Both the position numbers and the translations under genes were made by a program. DNA of 64,000 nucleotides from Squalus acanthias (lineage: Eukaryota): the NCBI GenBank assembly GCA_030390025.1, contig CM059432.1, positions 4,960,001 to 5,024,000 of the forward strand, read 5' to 3'. Position 1 is the first letter of the stretch, and each line of letters opens with the position of its first letter. Under the pieces are notes generated by a model, which was given only the letters and a program-made list of their open reading frames with translations, did no database searches and was not told the DNA's origin. This document shows, in pieces, positions 24,475 to 38,114 of this stretch.

Positions 24475-25381
24475 GGACTCGCAGCAAACAGTCTATTTTA
24501 CAGCAAACAGGGTCTGCTTAAAAAGCAAACAGTCTACAGAGTCTATTTTAAAAAGAGCCTCTACGAACTGCAGCAAACAGAATCCGTGACCCAAACTGCA
24601 GCAAGGTCTCCCGATAAAAACAGGGTGATTTCTCCAGCAAAAATGCAGTGAGTGGAGGATAGTTGTACGATAGAAATTACGGCCTGGAATTTGCGGTCCG
24701 AATGACGGCGAACTGGCAGCGTTCACCATCATTCCACCTTTGAAACTGACCACAACTTGGAAATCCTGAAGTTGCGGTCTGTCATTGACGGGTCCAAAAC
24801 TGGCTGCGCTGTGGCCCCCAACAGAACCAGCTGGCTGTGTCCTGAAGGACATAACTGCCAGTCTGGGCCTGCGACAGGTGGTGAGAGAACCAACACGAGG
24901 GGAAAACCGACTTGACCTCGTCCTCACCAATCTACATGTCGCAGATGCATCTGTCCATGACAGTATTAGTAGCAGTGATCACCACACAGTCATAGTGGAG
25001 ATGAAGTCCCGTCTTCACACTGAGGACACCCTCCATCGGGTTGTGTGGCACTGGGCATCCATGAGGTGCTGTGGGCCATCGGAAGCAGCAGAATTGTATT
25101 CCACCACAATCTGTAACCTCATGGCCCGGCATATCCCTCACTCTGTCATGACCATCAAGCCAGGGGACCAACCCTGGTTCAATAAGGAGTGTAGAAGAGC
25201 ATGCCAAGAGCAGCACCAGGCGTATCTAAAATGAGGTGCCAACCTGGGAAGCTGCAACACAGGACCACATGCATGCTAAAAAGCAGAAGCAGCATGCTTT
25301 AGACAGGGCTAAGCGATCCCACAATCAACGGATCAGATCAAAGCTCTGCAGTCCTGCCACATCCAGTCGTGAATGCTGGTG

Positions 25382-26574
25382 TGTAGGGGGTGGTTTTGGT
25401 AGGGGTCAGCCTTTCCCCTGACTCAGTGAGCGGTTCGAATCGCTCCCACGCTCCAGGTTCAAAACTTGGACTTATTTAGGGTTGTGAATAAAGATGCAGT
25501 AGACAACAGGTTCCGATGAAAGAACTATAACTTATTAAGAATTAAAAGGTGACAAACTTAAACACACTTCACACTTAAATAGGTTTGGGGAACACACAGT
25601 TACAGGCGAGGCAGAATGACAGTATACAAGACAAAAAAAAACCTTTATCCCTCCCAAAAATCCCACTTTCTAGCTAGGTTTCGGTTTCAGGAGATCAGGG
25701 ATAATGCTCACCAAACAGGGGTATTAACAGTACGAAATCCAGCCAGGTAAGTTGATGGTGATTCTGGTCATCGAATGTCTTCCTTTACCATGTGGCTTCT
25801 GGGCAGAGCTGAGAGGGAGCGTTGTTCCAGCGTGGTCGGCGAGTCAAAAGAGAAAGAAATCTTGGGTCCTGCTGCAGATATAGTCCTTTTTCGCCCCCCC
25901 GCCCCACAAAACTCCTCACGAAAACTGGTTTCGTAATGCAGTGAGTTTTCAGGTGAGGCCTGTTCATTGTCTTGTTAAATTTTGATGGGCCTTCAGCTAT
26001 GCTAAACCAAATCAAATGGCTTACGTCCTGTTGAGCTGTTGTTCCATGGAAGCTTGCATTGTTCTCATGCTTTGGGTTCCTTGCTGGGCCTAGCATTCCT
26101 ATGGGCTCTGTGTTTTGGGTGGGGCGGCCTTCTCCCAGGGCCTATTGTCCAAATGTTAATAACAACAGAAAATGCTGGAAAAACTCAGCAGGCCAGGCAG
26201 CATCCGTGGAGAGAGAAAGAGAGTTAACGTTTCAGGACGATGACGAAAGGTCATCGACCTGAAACGTTAACTCTCTTTCTCTCTCCACGGATGCTGCCTG
26301 GCCTGCTGAGTTTTTCCAGCATTTTCTGTTGTTATTTCAGATTTCCAGCATCCGCAGTATTTTGCTATCGTCCAAATGTTAATGTTTGCTATCGTCCAAA
26401 TGTTAATGTTTGCTGGGCTTTGAATTCCCAGACAATGCAATCTCAAGCCTGCTATTCACAGAGGTAGATCCACGTGCTGTGCATGTCCAGACATGTTCCT
26501 TTAAAGTTCCAAAGTCCTTATTTTTTTCCCTCTAGATATTTTTTGGGGGATCTGCAAATTTTGGAAATTTTACA
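25382..26574. mobile_element. Solo LTR (4-bp TSD)
   Basis: TGTA...TACA ends, TSD GGTG. The uninterrupted site is seen in the sister LINE copy at ~40010-40030. Confidence 0.8.
26161..26369. mobile_element. Palindromic Penelope-derived mini-element (family B)
   Basis: ~75-bp inverted arms around a truncated hammerhead core. TSD GTCCAAATGTTAAT (26147-26160/26370-26383). Confidence 0.85.
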
Positions 26575-27424
26575 GGTGGACCATTAAACAACTAACTGGA
26601 GGAGGAGGCTCCATGAATATCCCCATCCTCAATGATGGTGGAGCCCAGCACATGAGTGCAAAAGACAAGGCTGAAGCGTTTGCAATCATCTTCAGCCAGA
26701 AGTGCTGAGTGAATGATCCATACCGGCCTACTCCTGAGGTCCCCACCATCACAGAAGCCACTCTTCAGCCAATTCGATTCACTCCACGTGATATCAAGAA
26801 ACGGCTGAGCGCACTGGATACAGCAAAGGCTATGGGCCATGACAACATCCCGGCTATCATGCTGAAGACTTGTGCACCAGAACTAGCCGTGCCTCTAGCC
26901 AAGCTGATCCAGTACAGCTACAACACTGACATCTATCCGACAATGTGGAAAACTGCCCAGTCCACAAAAAGCAGGACAAATCCAACCCGGCCAATTACCG
27001 CCCCATCAGTCTACTCTCAATCATCAGCAAAGTGATGGAAGGTGTCATCGACAGTGCTATCAAGTAGCACTTATCACCAATAACCTGCTCACTGATGCCC
27101 AGTTTGGGTTCTGCCAAGACCACTCGGCTCCCAACCTCATTACAGCCTTGGTCCAAACATGGGCAAAGGAGCTGAATTCCAGAGGTGTGAGGTGAGAGTG
27201 ACTGCCCATCAAGGCAGCATTTGACTGAGCGTGGCATCAAGGAGCCCGAGTAAAACTGAAGTCAATGGGAATCGGGGAAAAAACTCCAGTGGCTGGAGTC
27301 ATACCTAGCACAAAGGAAGATGGTTGTGGTGGTTGAAGGTCAATCATCACAACCCCAGGACATCACTGCAGGAGTTCCTCAGGGCAGTGTCCTAGGCCCA
27401 ACCATCTTCAGCTGCTTCATCAAT

Positions 27425-27800
27425 GGTAGGTCCATGGAATATGCTGCCACAAAAAGCTGTAGAAGCTACATCATTAAATAAATTTAAAACAGAAATAGAC
27501 AGTTTCCTAGAAGTAAAGGGCATTAAGGGTTACGGGGAGCGGGCAGGAATTTGGACATGAGTCTAGGTTCGGATCGGTCATGGCCCTGTGGGTAGTGGAG
27601 CGGGCCCAGGGACCGTGTAGCCTGATTCTGCTCCTATTTCGTGTGTGCAATTCTGTTAGATGCAGGAGATGGTTCTGTGATAGTAGATAGTAGATTGGCG
27701 GTTAGGATCAGATCAGCCATGATCTTATTGAATGGCGGAGCAGGCTCGAGGGGCCGATTGGCCTACTCCTGCTCCTATTTCTTATGTTCTTATGTTCTTA
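27425..27800 (+). mobile_element. CR1 3' fragment
   Basis: CR1 3' UTR hairpin and (TTATGTTC)n tail. Confidence 0.75.
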
Positions 27801-29602
27801 TGACCTTCCTTCCAACATAAGGTCAGAAATGGGGATGTTCGCTGATGACTGCACAGTGTTCAGCGCCATTCACAACTCCTCAGATAATGAAGCAGTCCAT
27901 GCCCGCATGCAACAAGACCTGGATGATGTTCAGGCTCGCGCCACAGAAGTGCCAGGCAATGACTATCTCCAACAAGCGAGAGTCTAACCACCTTCCCTTG
28001 ACATTCAATGGCATTACCATCGTCGAATCCCCACCATCAACATCCTGGGGGGTCACCATTGACCAGAAACTTAACTGGACCAGCCACATAAATACTGTGG
28101 CAACAAGAGCTGGTCAGAGGCTAGGTATTCTGCTGCGAGTGTCTCACCTGACTCCCCAAAGCCTTTCCACTATCTACAAGGCACAAACCAGGAGTATGTT
28201 GGAATACTCTCCACTTGCCTGGATGAGTGCAGCTCCAACAACACTCAAGAAGCTCGACACCATCCAGGGCAAAGCAGCCCGCTTGATTGGCACCCCATCC
28301 ACCACCTTAAACATTCACTCCCTCCACCACCGGCGTACCGTGGCTGCAGTGTGTACCATCTACAAGATGCACTGCAGCAACTTGCCAAGGCTTCTTCAGC
28401 AGCACCTCCCAAAACTGCGACCTCTACCACCTAGAAGGACAAGGGCAGGAGGCACATGGGAACACCACCACCTGCAAGTCACACATCATCATGTCTTAGA
28501 AGTTTATCGCCATTCCTTCATCGTCGCTGGGTCAAATCCTGGAACTCCCTACCTAACAGCACTGTGGGAGTACCTTCACCACACAGACTGCAGCGGTTGA
28601 AGAAGGTGGCTCACCACCACCTTCTCAAGGGCAATTAGGTGATGGGCAATAAATGCTGGCCTTGCCAGCGATGCCCACATCCCATAAACGAATTTAAAAA
28701 AATCTGTGTAATCCCTGAAATCAGGGAATCTGACGAAAACATCGGCTCTTCCGCAGTAATACTGCTATTAAATTCCCCACTAAAAGTTAGACCAAAGGGA
28801 TTAAGTGTAACTGATATTTAAGAGCATATTGACTGCTAAACAAAGGTTAAGGGACTGAAAAACGAATTTTAATTTTGTGTAGTGTGAAATTTATCTGTTT
28901 AAATAAAAATTAACATTTTTAAGAAACTTAAAAATTTTTTTAATGTATTTTTAAAGTTTGTTCATCTTTATTTCAGGTTTGCCCTTTCCCCAGGTGAGAG
29001 CCCCAATCTTTCTTTTGCTCTCTCTAACAGTTTTAAAAAGTTAGAATTTTAAGAGCTTCTTTGTTCGCTGGCTATGAGAATTCTGCCTTTTGTTTGGCTG
29101 GTTAGACAGCCTCTTGACATCACAGCAGTTCGCACAAGGGGATTCCCACTATACTATGTTGATTTGAATTGAACATCGGAAAACCCCAAATTCTCGACCG
29201 AGATTGTGAGATTCTTGTGCGCAGCGTACTTCGGGGCCAGCAGCGAACGCCTTCGCTTCGCCGCTGACCGCAAATTCCGGGCCAATGTGTGTAAAATCAA
29301 TTCCAGTCACTTACAGCAGTGCGGTCTCCAGGTGTGATTGAAGGGAGGAAATTGCACAATCATCTCCATTCTGGCCAAGAATAATGGTGTCACAATATGC
29401 AGCTATTCCTTACTTACTCATGTGTTTATCTAGCCTCCCCTTAAATGCATCTATGCGATTCGCCTGAACTACTCCATGTGGTAGCGAGTTCCACATTCTC
29501 ACTATTCTGGGTAAACCAGTTTCTCCTGAATTTCTTGTTTGGTGACTATCTTATATTTATGGCCCCTAGTTTTGGACTAAAAAAAAAATCAACAAAATTA
29601 AT

Positions 29603-30344
29603 GGCCCAAAAATTCGTGAGGAAGCCTTCGTGCGAGGGTAAGGCCTCCCCGCGATCTCTCACTCCGCGTTGGCTTTTTCAGTTCCAGCTCGCACGAACTT
29701 GATGTTCTGGACAGCTGCTGTGCTGGGCTTGCGTATCCCACCGGCGTAGTTAATTCGTGCGAGCTGTGGGATCACGTGACTCAGTTAGAGCCAATGGCAG
29801 CACACCATCTTCCATTCATAACTTTCACATAAGTGCTGTGAAAGTTATGAATACTATAGCCCCCCCAAAAGAACCGCTAAACCTCAATTAAATTTAAAAA
29901 AAAACATCACATTAATAAAATAAGTATAGTTAAATAAATTAACCATTTTAAATAAAAAATTAAATTTTTGAAAAAATTTAAAATCTTTTAAAAAGTTATA
30001 AAAATAAACTTACCTGTCTTTAAAGTATCTAAAAAAGATATACCTGTTAAAAAAAATCAAAATAATACTTAATTCACTACTTACCTTGTTAAAAGTGGGT
30101 CTTACTCCTCCTTTTTTTATGTGTAGAATCTTCCGTACTTACCTGCGCGTTGAAACCACTAAGTGCACAGTGTGCGCGCAGCCTGTAGCGCGCACGCGGT
30201 GCACCTAGGACCCGCCCCCTTTTCCATTCACCAAGTGCCGGTTTTCAGCGCATGCGCAGTGCATGCAGAAAACCGGCAATTGGAGACAGAATACGCGAGA
30301 GTACACAGTGCGTACTCTCGCGTAGCAAGACTAATTTTTGGGCC
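29603..30344. mobile_element. PIF/Harbinger-like non-autonomous element
   Basis: TIR GGCCCAAAAATT / AATTTTTGGGCC with a 3-bp TSD AAT and an AT-rich core. Confidence 0.7.
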
Positions 30345-30387
30345 AATAACTTTATTGTAAAATAACTTACTGTAGAGTCGTCTACTA

Positions 30388-30800
30388 ATGAGTCAGAAGG
30401 TTGTGGGTTCAAATCCCACTCCAGAGACCTGAGCACATAGTCAAGGCTGATGCTTCAGTGCCAATACTGAGGGAGTGCTACACTGTCGGAGGTGCCGTCT
30501 TTCGGATGAGACGTTAAACTGAAGCCCCATCTGCCCTCTCGGGGACATAAAGATCCCACGGCCACTATTTGAAGAAGAGCATGGGAAGTGTCCCTGGTGT
30601 CCTGGCCAATATTTATCCCTCAACCAACATCACTAAAAACAGATTATCTGGTCATTATCACATTGCTGTTTGTGGGAGCTTGCTGTGCGCAAATTGTCTG
30701 CCTCGTTTCCTACATTACAACAGTGACTACACGCCAAAAGTACTTCATTGGGATGTCCCGAGGTTTTGAAAAGCACTATGTAAATGCAAGTCTTTCTTTT
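30388..30800 (+). mobile_element. DeuSINE (SacSINE1-like)
   Basis: Homologous to the other copies. Confidence 0.85.
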
Positions 30801-31334
30801 ATTTCTGGTGTATTGAACTCTATTTCATACTAAGTGGCATTACCAACATGAAAGCTTAACGTTTTCCATTGATATATATTACTAGTCAATCTTCCATGGC
30901 ATTGCACATGAAGAGTCAGGACTCATGTGGTCTTCAGGTGAAGCAAGGTTAGATGGCAGAAGATAATTGGACCATGCAACTTATCCCCCATTTTAAGGTC
31001 AGACATTCTACCCTTATATATTCTGTCCTATGGTGCATTATCCCTCTTCTGCAGCCTTTGACACCGTTAATCACACCGTTCTCCTCCAGTACTTCTCTGT
31101 TTTCCAGCCCCATGGGACTGCCTTCACTTGGTTCCATTCCTACCTATCCGTCATAGGCAGAGCATCTCCAGCAATAGCTACTGATCCCATTACTGCATAG
31201 TCAACTTTGGAGTTCTCCCAAGGATCCATCCACCCTTGGCCCACTCTTCCTCATCTAAATGCTGCCCCTTGGCAACATCAGCAGCAGTCAAGTAGTTTGC
31301 CTACAAATGTAGACCGAGAGACCTCAGCTCTACC

Positions 31335-31795
31335 TGTCAGCTGCGGCTCAGTGGGTAGCACCCTCGCCTCTGAAGATTGAGGGTTCAAGTCCCACTCCAG
31401 AGACTTGAGCACAAAAACCTAAGCTGACACTCCAGTGCAGTGCTGAGGGGCCGCTGCACTGTCGGAGGTGCCGTCTTTCAGATGAGATGTCAAACCGAGG
31501 CCCCGTCTGCTCTCTCAGGTGGACGTAAAAGATTTCATGGCACTATTTTGAAGAAGAGCAGGGGAGTTAGCCCCAGTGTCCTGGCCAATATTTATCCCTC
31601 AATCAACATCACTACAAAAAACTGATTATCTGGTCATTATCACATTGCTGTTTGTGGGAGCTTGCTGTGCGCAATTGGCTGCCGCGTTTCCCACATTACA
31701 ACAGTGACTACACTTCAAAAGAAATTTATTCAGTAATTAGCTGTAAAGCTCTTTGGGATGTCCTGAGGTGGTGAAAGGGGCTATATAAATGCAAG
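31335..31795 (+). mobile_element. DeuSINE (SacSINE1-like), full length
   Basis: Homologous to the other copies. Confidence 0.88.
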
Positions 31796-34700
31796 GGTTT
31801 CACGTCTTTTTTTTAACAAGCCCCTCAGTCCTTGTTTTAATATAGTTCATATCCATCCTTTTATAGGCATTTGTTTTAATTGTAATTACCTTTCAGTCTT
31901 TTTATGATGGAAACAAGACACGGAGCACAACTAAAAGCTGACTTTTTGATCCATTTCTGCTTACTGCCAGTCCAAATTTAAATAGACTTCCTACCCAATG
32001 GAAAATATACCCTTTGTTTCTTGCCTGCAGGACAAGTCGCTGAGGCCAAGATTTGCCATATTAATTATACATTTAAAAGACACGATAGAAATAACTGTTC
32101 TGTTTCCCCATCATCAATATTTTATCGTGCATGTATTTACTTCATTATTAAAATATCTCATAAAGGCTGTAATGTCTTTATTAAAGACAGCAAGATGCCA
32201 TTCAACTTAACGTAAGTTCTGGCAGCCAAATTGCACAGGGAGTGTTTATTAGGTTGATTAAGGATCTTGGCTGAAAGAGGTGGAGCGAGCAGATAAAAGA
32301 AGCAGCCTGACGGCATAGATTATAAATATTTCAGGTGTGATACTGCACGATAGGCTGCAGCTCTGTGCTGAAGATTCCCCGCAGGGGAAGTTCCTGCTGT
32401 GAAGCAGGCTGTCAAAGAGAGATGAAGCACTTCCATGCTGTAGGAGAAGGAAAATTAACCCGATTCGACCTTTACCACTTGTGTACTTTCTAGTAGCTGT
32501 TCGAGAGCCCCGTTGGCAGACACCCCAGAATGGCTTATCTGCCAGGCCTGTTAAAGAATGTTGCCAAGTGCAGGATAGGGAAAAGCAAAGATAACCAAAA
32601 AATGAGCAAGAAAATAAATACTTTATTTAAAGAGATGCTCCATTCCAGGAGCCACTATTCTAACTGCTAAAAGTCATCGCTAAAACCAATGGTAGGAATG
32701 TTTCTAAACCTCAAGTTGGCAAAGATAAGCCACAAACCAAATTATGGTTGCAATGGAAAATCTTGTTACATCCAGTACCCGAATACAACGAACGAAGAAT
32801 TATCTCCCAAGTCCATATCATTTAATTGCCAGAGCTAAAGTTCTCTTCAGTGCAAAGTTGAAACCACTTGGCAATCTCGATATCTGTGACACCTCTTTTT
32901 CTTGTGAATCACTCAAGCGCTAAAGGGTGCTAGCTCTATTTAAGGCACAAATAACAGTTACTTAGGAACAGGAGGAGCCAACTCAGCCCCTTGAGTCTGT
33001 TCCACCATTCAATTAGACCGTGGCTGATCTGTATCTGAACTCCATCTACCCGCCTTATAGAATGATACAGCACAGAAGGAGGCCATTCGGCCCCTCGTGT
33101 CTGTGCCTTAGTTCCGTAGCCCTTAATACCCTAAGTTAGTTTGAAAATTGACTGACTTTTCTTTTGCTCTCATCATTTCCCAGTAAGAATATATTTAATC
33201 TTAAAATATTTTAGAGCATGTTTCAAACATGTTTGTCTCTAAAATGGCTACAAATGTCGAGCCATTACTACAATCTTCTTGACTTCAGCCACAGTTTTGT
33301 TTAGTCTCCACAGGCAGCAGAGTATTTAGTGTTACAAAACTTAATGGCACTGAACATTATAAGGAAGCACTAAACAGACACTTAAGGCTTTGAAGTAGCG
33401 CATTTTACTTCAATGCAGCTTTCTCCGATGTAATCTCAGTTTGGAAATGGACCCCAGGGCTCAGTCGTGATCTCCGACCCCAGGGCAGAGTCGCGATTCC
33501 GGGGTGGGGGGGGGGGTCTGATCCCCAACCCCAGGGGTGCAGGCTGCTGGTGAGGGAGCTTGGGGAATTCTGAGAGGAAGCACTCCTGCTCCTCCCGGCC
33601 CACAAGCATTGCTGCCCGAGGCTGTGGCCGCCTCGTTGCAGCCACCGGGATGCCCGGCCGCCTGCTGTAAAACCTGCAAAGCAGGTTAAAATAGAGGCTT
33701 CAGGCCTCATTATCATATAGCAGCGGGCGGGCTGGCTGCCCGCCCCCCCCCCCCCCCACCACGTCCCGCCTGAGTGAAAGGTGAAAGTGGGCGGGTTGGG
33801 GTCAGGGTTCACATTTTTTCAACTTTCACTTCCCCCCCACGCCTCCAACCCACCCGTTCTGACCTCTGAAAATTCCGGCCCATGTCTCCGGATCATTAGT
33901 CCAGGCCTCTGGATTACTAGTCCAGTAATATAACCACTATGCTACCGTACCCCCTGCTGATTCTCCCACTGATTTGCCGTAACTTCGGTGGAAGAACTGT
34001 GGTAACCCCAGAAAATTGGCGTAAAACCATTACGCACTGTTTTTCCGGGTTTTCCACAGCTCTTCCCCCTCATGTTATGGTGCACAAGGAAGTGAACCAC
34101 ATCCCGTGGAAATTCACCCCCATACCCCAACCTCCTGGAGTTAAGGTCGAAGATCAGCCATGATCTTATTGAATGGCGGAGCAGGCCCGCGGGGGCCGTA
34201 TGGCCCACTCCTGCTCTTATTTCTTATGTTCTATGGAAAATGAATTATTTAAATCAGAAGAAGCGCAGTGTGAATGGATTCCTGGAGCACAAGGCTCTCT
34301 CCTGGCTCCATGGGCTGCTGAACCAACTGAGAAGCCCCTTAACAGCAGAGGAGCACCATACCCTGTTAGCTCAGCATGTTTGCTGATCTTTGCCACCTCC
34401 ACCCTCAAGAAAAATGTGCCATGCAGCTCAAAAGATTGCATCCAAAAAGGGGAAAGGTTGTTTCCAGTGTTAGAAATGGTGGTCCGGATTCTTCCCCCAG
34501 TGGCGGTGTTCCAATAGGACGGGACTTCTGCCCGCCCCTCTGACCCCCGTCAGTACCATTACCCAGTTTCTTGGTTAGGTGTCATTAAGGATGCCAAGAG
34601 GGGAGCCTGCCGCTACAAGAGCACAAAGTTCCGGCCGTGGAACTGTTGCTGCAGCACCAGAAGTTAGCGGAGTAGTTGAGTCCAGAAGAGACAACCAGGT

Positions 34701-35129
34701 GTCCCACCGAAGGTCTCAGCCGGGACCGGGGCCTTCAGCCAGTAAAGGTTCGGGGTAGAATGAAGGGAGAGGAGGCCGCTAAAACGCCCTTCCCTTTCCA
34801 TGGATGCACCTCAGGGTCGTTACGGGGCCTGGGTCCCATTCCGCCCACCGCCATTTACATGCATTCCCAGTGGGGGGCTGGGAGGGAGAGTGCAGGTTGA
34901 GCAGGGAGGCTGTGTTAGGCTTTACCAACCAAATTTTCCACCAGTGTTCACGACTATCCCACCTGAAATCAGATGGAGTTGTGAGGGAGAATCCAGCCTG
35001 GTATTCCCCAGAGGGGTGAACATTCCAAATAAATGTCGGTATGTGCCATGCTTGATGAGCTCCACAATGAGCAACATTGAGGAGTACAGTTGCTTTTCAG
35101 GAAATGATGAACAGGCTGGGTCTCTTTTT

Positions 35130-35495
35130 TCCTGAAAGGTTTTGATAGAGTAGATACAGAGAGAGTGTTTCCACTTGTGGGGAAGAGCAAAGCTACAGGC
35201 CATCAATATAAGATGGTCACCAAGAAATCCAACAGGGAATTCAGAAGAAACTTCTTTACCCAGAGAGTGGTGAGAATGTGGAACTCGCTCCCACAGGGAG
35301 TGGTTGAGGCGAAAAGTATAAATGCATTTAAGGGGAGGCTAGACAAGCATATGAGGGAGAAGGGAATAGAGGGTTACGCTGATAGATTTAGATGAGGAAC
35401 AATGGGAGGAGGCTCAAGTGGAGCATAAACACCGGCATGGACTGGTTGGGCCGAATGGCCTGTTTCTGTGCTGTGTATCCTACGTAATCCTATGC
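35130..35495 (+). mobile_element. CR1 3' fragment
   Basis: [14 protein letters not shown] and 3' hairpin. Similar fragments lie at ~36700-36935, 37305-37565 and 46170-46860. Confidence 0.8.
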
Positions 35496-38114
35496 TTTTG
35501 CATTCCTGCTGATAAAAGCTAACTTCTTTCTCATAAGCAGCTAGGTACAAAGGCAGCTGGGCGACTACTTGACTTGGTTAGTGCCTTTCCTCCATGCAGT
35601 TAGCCCCTGTGCTTTTACTTGAGAGTGGCTATCAGCTGTAAATAGAACCACCACCCTTTGGTACACTTCCTGCAGTATGATCTCCCTTTCCTCTCCATTG
35701 ACCGCGTATCTCCGAGCGTCATTGTGAACCATTCGGCAGCTTTTCTGTCACCACACTGCTTTCCCGCTATGGTCAGCTTCAGACCTTGAAGAGCTGCCCT
35801 CTTGCTGAGTTTTGAGATTCCCAGCAATGCGTTCTGCAGGTCAAGCTCTCTGGGCGAGCTTTCCCTACGCCTATAGCCTATTCAAAATAAGAGCTGGAGC
35901 GTGTGTCACAAGATTCGATGTAGACCACCCCTGCATTAAGGGCATGGGTGCCCCCATACCATGGGCATGATTCAAAATTTTCAATTCCGCAAAATTGAGG
36001 CTTAAATGTACTTGACATAAATATACACATTTTTAAATATTTCAAAAATTTCAGGTTAAGGGGGAAGGGGGGGTCTCTGGATCTCACCACTTGCCTTTGG
36101 GAGCAGGGAATGGGAGGGGGAAGTAGATGGAGGGTCGAGAACTAGGTGAGTGTCAGCAGAGCAAGGAGGAAGACGGGTTGAGTGGGTAGTTGAAAGGGGA
36201 AGACGTGGTTATAGGACAGGGGAGTGGTAGCGGAAGTTGATGGGCAAGGGGATGCGATGGGAACCAGGCGAGAGGAAAGCACAAGTGATTGGGGGAAGAG
36301 ATGGGATGCTGATGCCCACATTTTTGCCACAACCACCCACCCAAAAGTATTGCAGTGACAAAAATAGAATGTACACATGTTTTTGACAGAGCATGAATGC
36401 TCATTGGCAGGTCTATTGCAGTGGAGCAGAAGGAGAAAGAGGAGAGGGGAACCTGATAGCACGAGGATATAGGAAGTATGCACAGCTTGCAACAGGTACT
36501 ATCCCAGGCTACAGAATTACCACAGCAGAGTCATCGACCTAGGAATGGTGGAGGAGCAGTGACTCAGACTTGGCAGAGAGGCTCCGACTGTGGTATGCCT
36601 CGTGGTCCATTAAGACCTGCAGGTGCAATCAGCCGACTGCAATGGAAGTGAAGGTTGCACTGCCCTCACCTTTAATACTACAGAACCAATCTATTGAGTA
36701 GATTCCGCCTATACTCTGGAGTTTAGAAGGATGAGAGGTGATCTCATTGAAACATATAAGATTCTGAGGGGGATTGACCGGGTAGATGCTGAGAGATTGG
36801 GCTGGAGAGTCTAGAACTAGGGGGCATAGTCTCAGGGTAAAGGGGATCAGCCATTTAAGACTGAGAGGAGGAGAAATTTCTTCATTCAGAGGGTTGTGAA
36901 TCTTTGGAATACTCTACCCCAAAGGGCTGTGGATGTTTACTATGGCCAGAAACCCGGCAGCTGCAGCAAGGTGAGGACAGCCTCGAGGAGAAGGTAAGAC
37001 CCCTCACAACACTCCTTTTGGGGCCCGGAGGAGCAGGAGTGCTTCCTCCTGGCTCCCCTACCATCAGACCACCCCCCACCATACAAACCCCCCCCCCCCC
37101 AGGATCAGACACCCACCCCCCGCACCCCCCCTCACCCCCAACCCCGCTGGAAGCCAAGCGTGTCAATGAGGCTGACTTCCGGGCGAGGAACCTATCGGGG
37201 CCAAAGGTCGCACTCAAGTCAAAGGTTAAAACACCACAGTATGCGGGGTAACCCAGACTTCCGGGTTTCCCGTCCGAAACGCCACCTCCCTGCCTACGCA
37301 ATGTGTCGGCCATTTAGGACTGAGATGAGGAGAAATTTCTTCACTCAGAGAGTTGTGATTCTTTGGAATTCTCTACCCCAGAGGGCCGTGGATGCTGAGT
37401 CGTTGAGTATATTCAAGACTGAGATCGATAGATCTTTGGAATCTAGGGCAATCAAGGGATATGGGGATCGGGCGGGAAAGTGGAGTTGAGGTCGAAGATC
37501 AGCCATGATCTTATTGAATGACGGAGCAGGCTCGAGGGGCCGTATGGCCGACTCCTGCTCCTATTCCAATCTTCAGTAAAAGAGTGGCAGGATCTTCCCG
37601 ATCAGGATCTCTTCACATCTGGCTTTAACAGCTGGTCCTGACAGCTGCTGTACCTAATACAACAGGTATAACCTACCTCCGGGGTGCCTCAGCAAATGCT
37701 TTACAATGTTTTTATCCCTCTAATTAGGAAGGGAATATAAAAAAAATTTAAAGCCTGAAGTACAAATTTTAAAAATTTATATCGGCATTCAGCTGGGAGA
37801 TGAAATGTGGCCGAGTGTCAGGAACAAAAGCATCAGCATCAGGAAGAAAAGCACCAGCACCACTCTCCCACGAACCAGGTCTTTACCACCTGGGGATTGA
37901 CAAAGCCTTAAAATGGGAACATCATGGCCTAGAAACTGATCCACGCAGCATCCGTCTGTCAGGCGCTACTCGGACTACTAAGGCCCCAATATGGCGAACA
38001 GGTAACGTGAGCACATCTTTGGCTGGAAGTGCGCCGCCCGCCATATTGGGTAAAGACAAATAATAGACGTCCTTTACCCATGCCTGAAACAGGAGTTGGG
38101 CCTTTTACATATGC

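Larger units (their letters stand above)
24820..28701 (+). mobile_element. CR1/L2-group LINE (APE + RT pseudogene) with nested solo LTR and CR1 fragment
   Basis: ENRLDLVLTN, SSDHH, KTCAPELAVPL, MFADD. 3' tail ...GCCCACATCCCATAAACGAATTTAAAAAAA. Confidence 0.88.
24681..29283. mobile_element. Non-autonomous DNA transposon (GGCC-terminal TIRs) hosting a nested LINE
   Basis: TIR GGCCTGGAATTTGCGGTC / GACCGCAAATTCCGGGCC (17/18). No clear TSD. Confidence 0.65.

Noticed and set aside
34173..35900. Short ORFs as exons of an intervening gene
   Set aside because: No recognisable homology or consistent splice structure, and they partly overlap CR1 tails.
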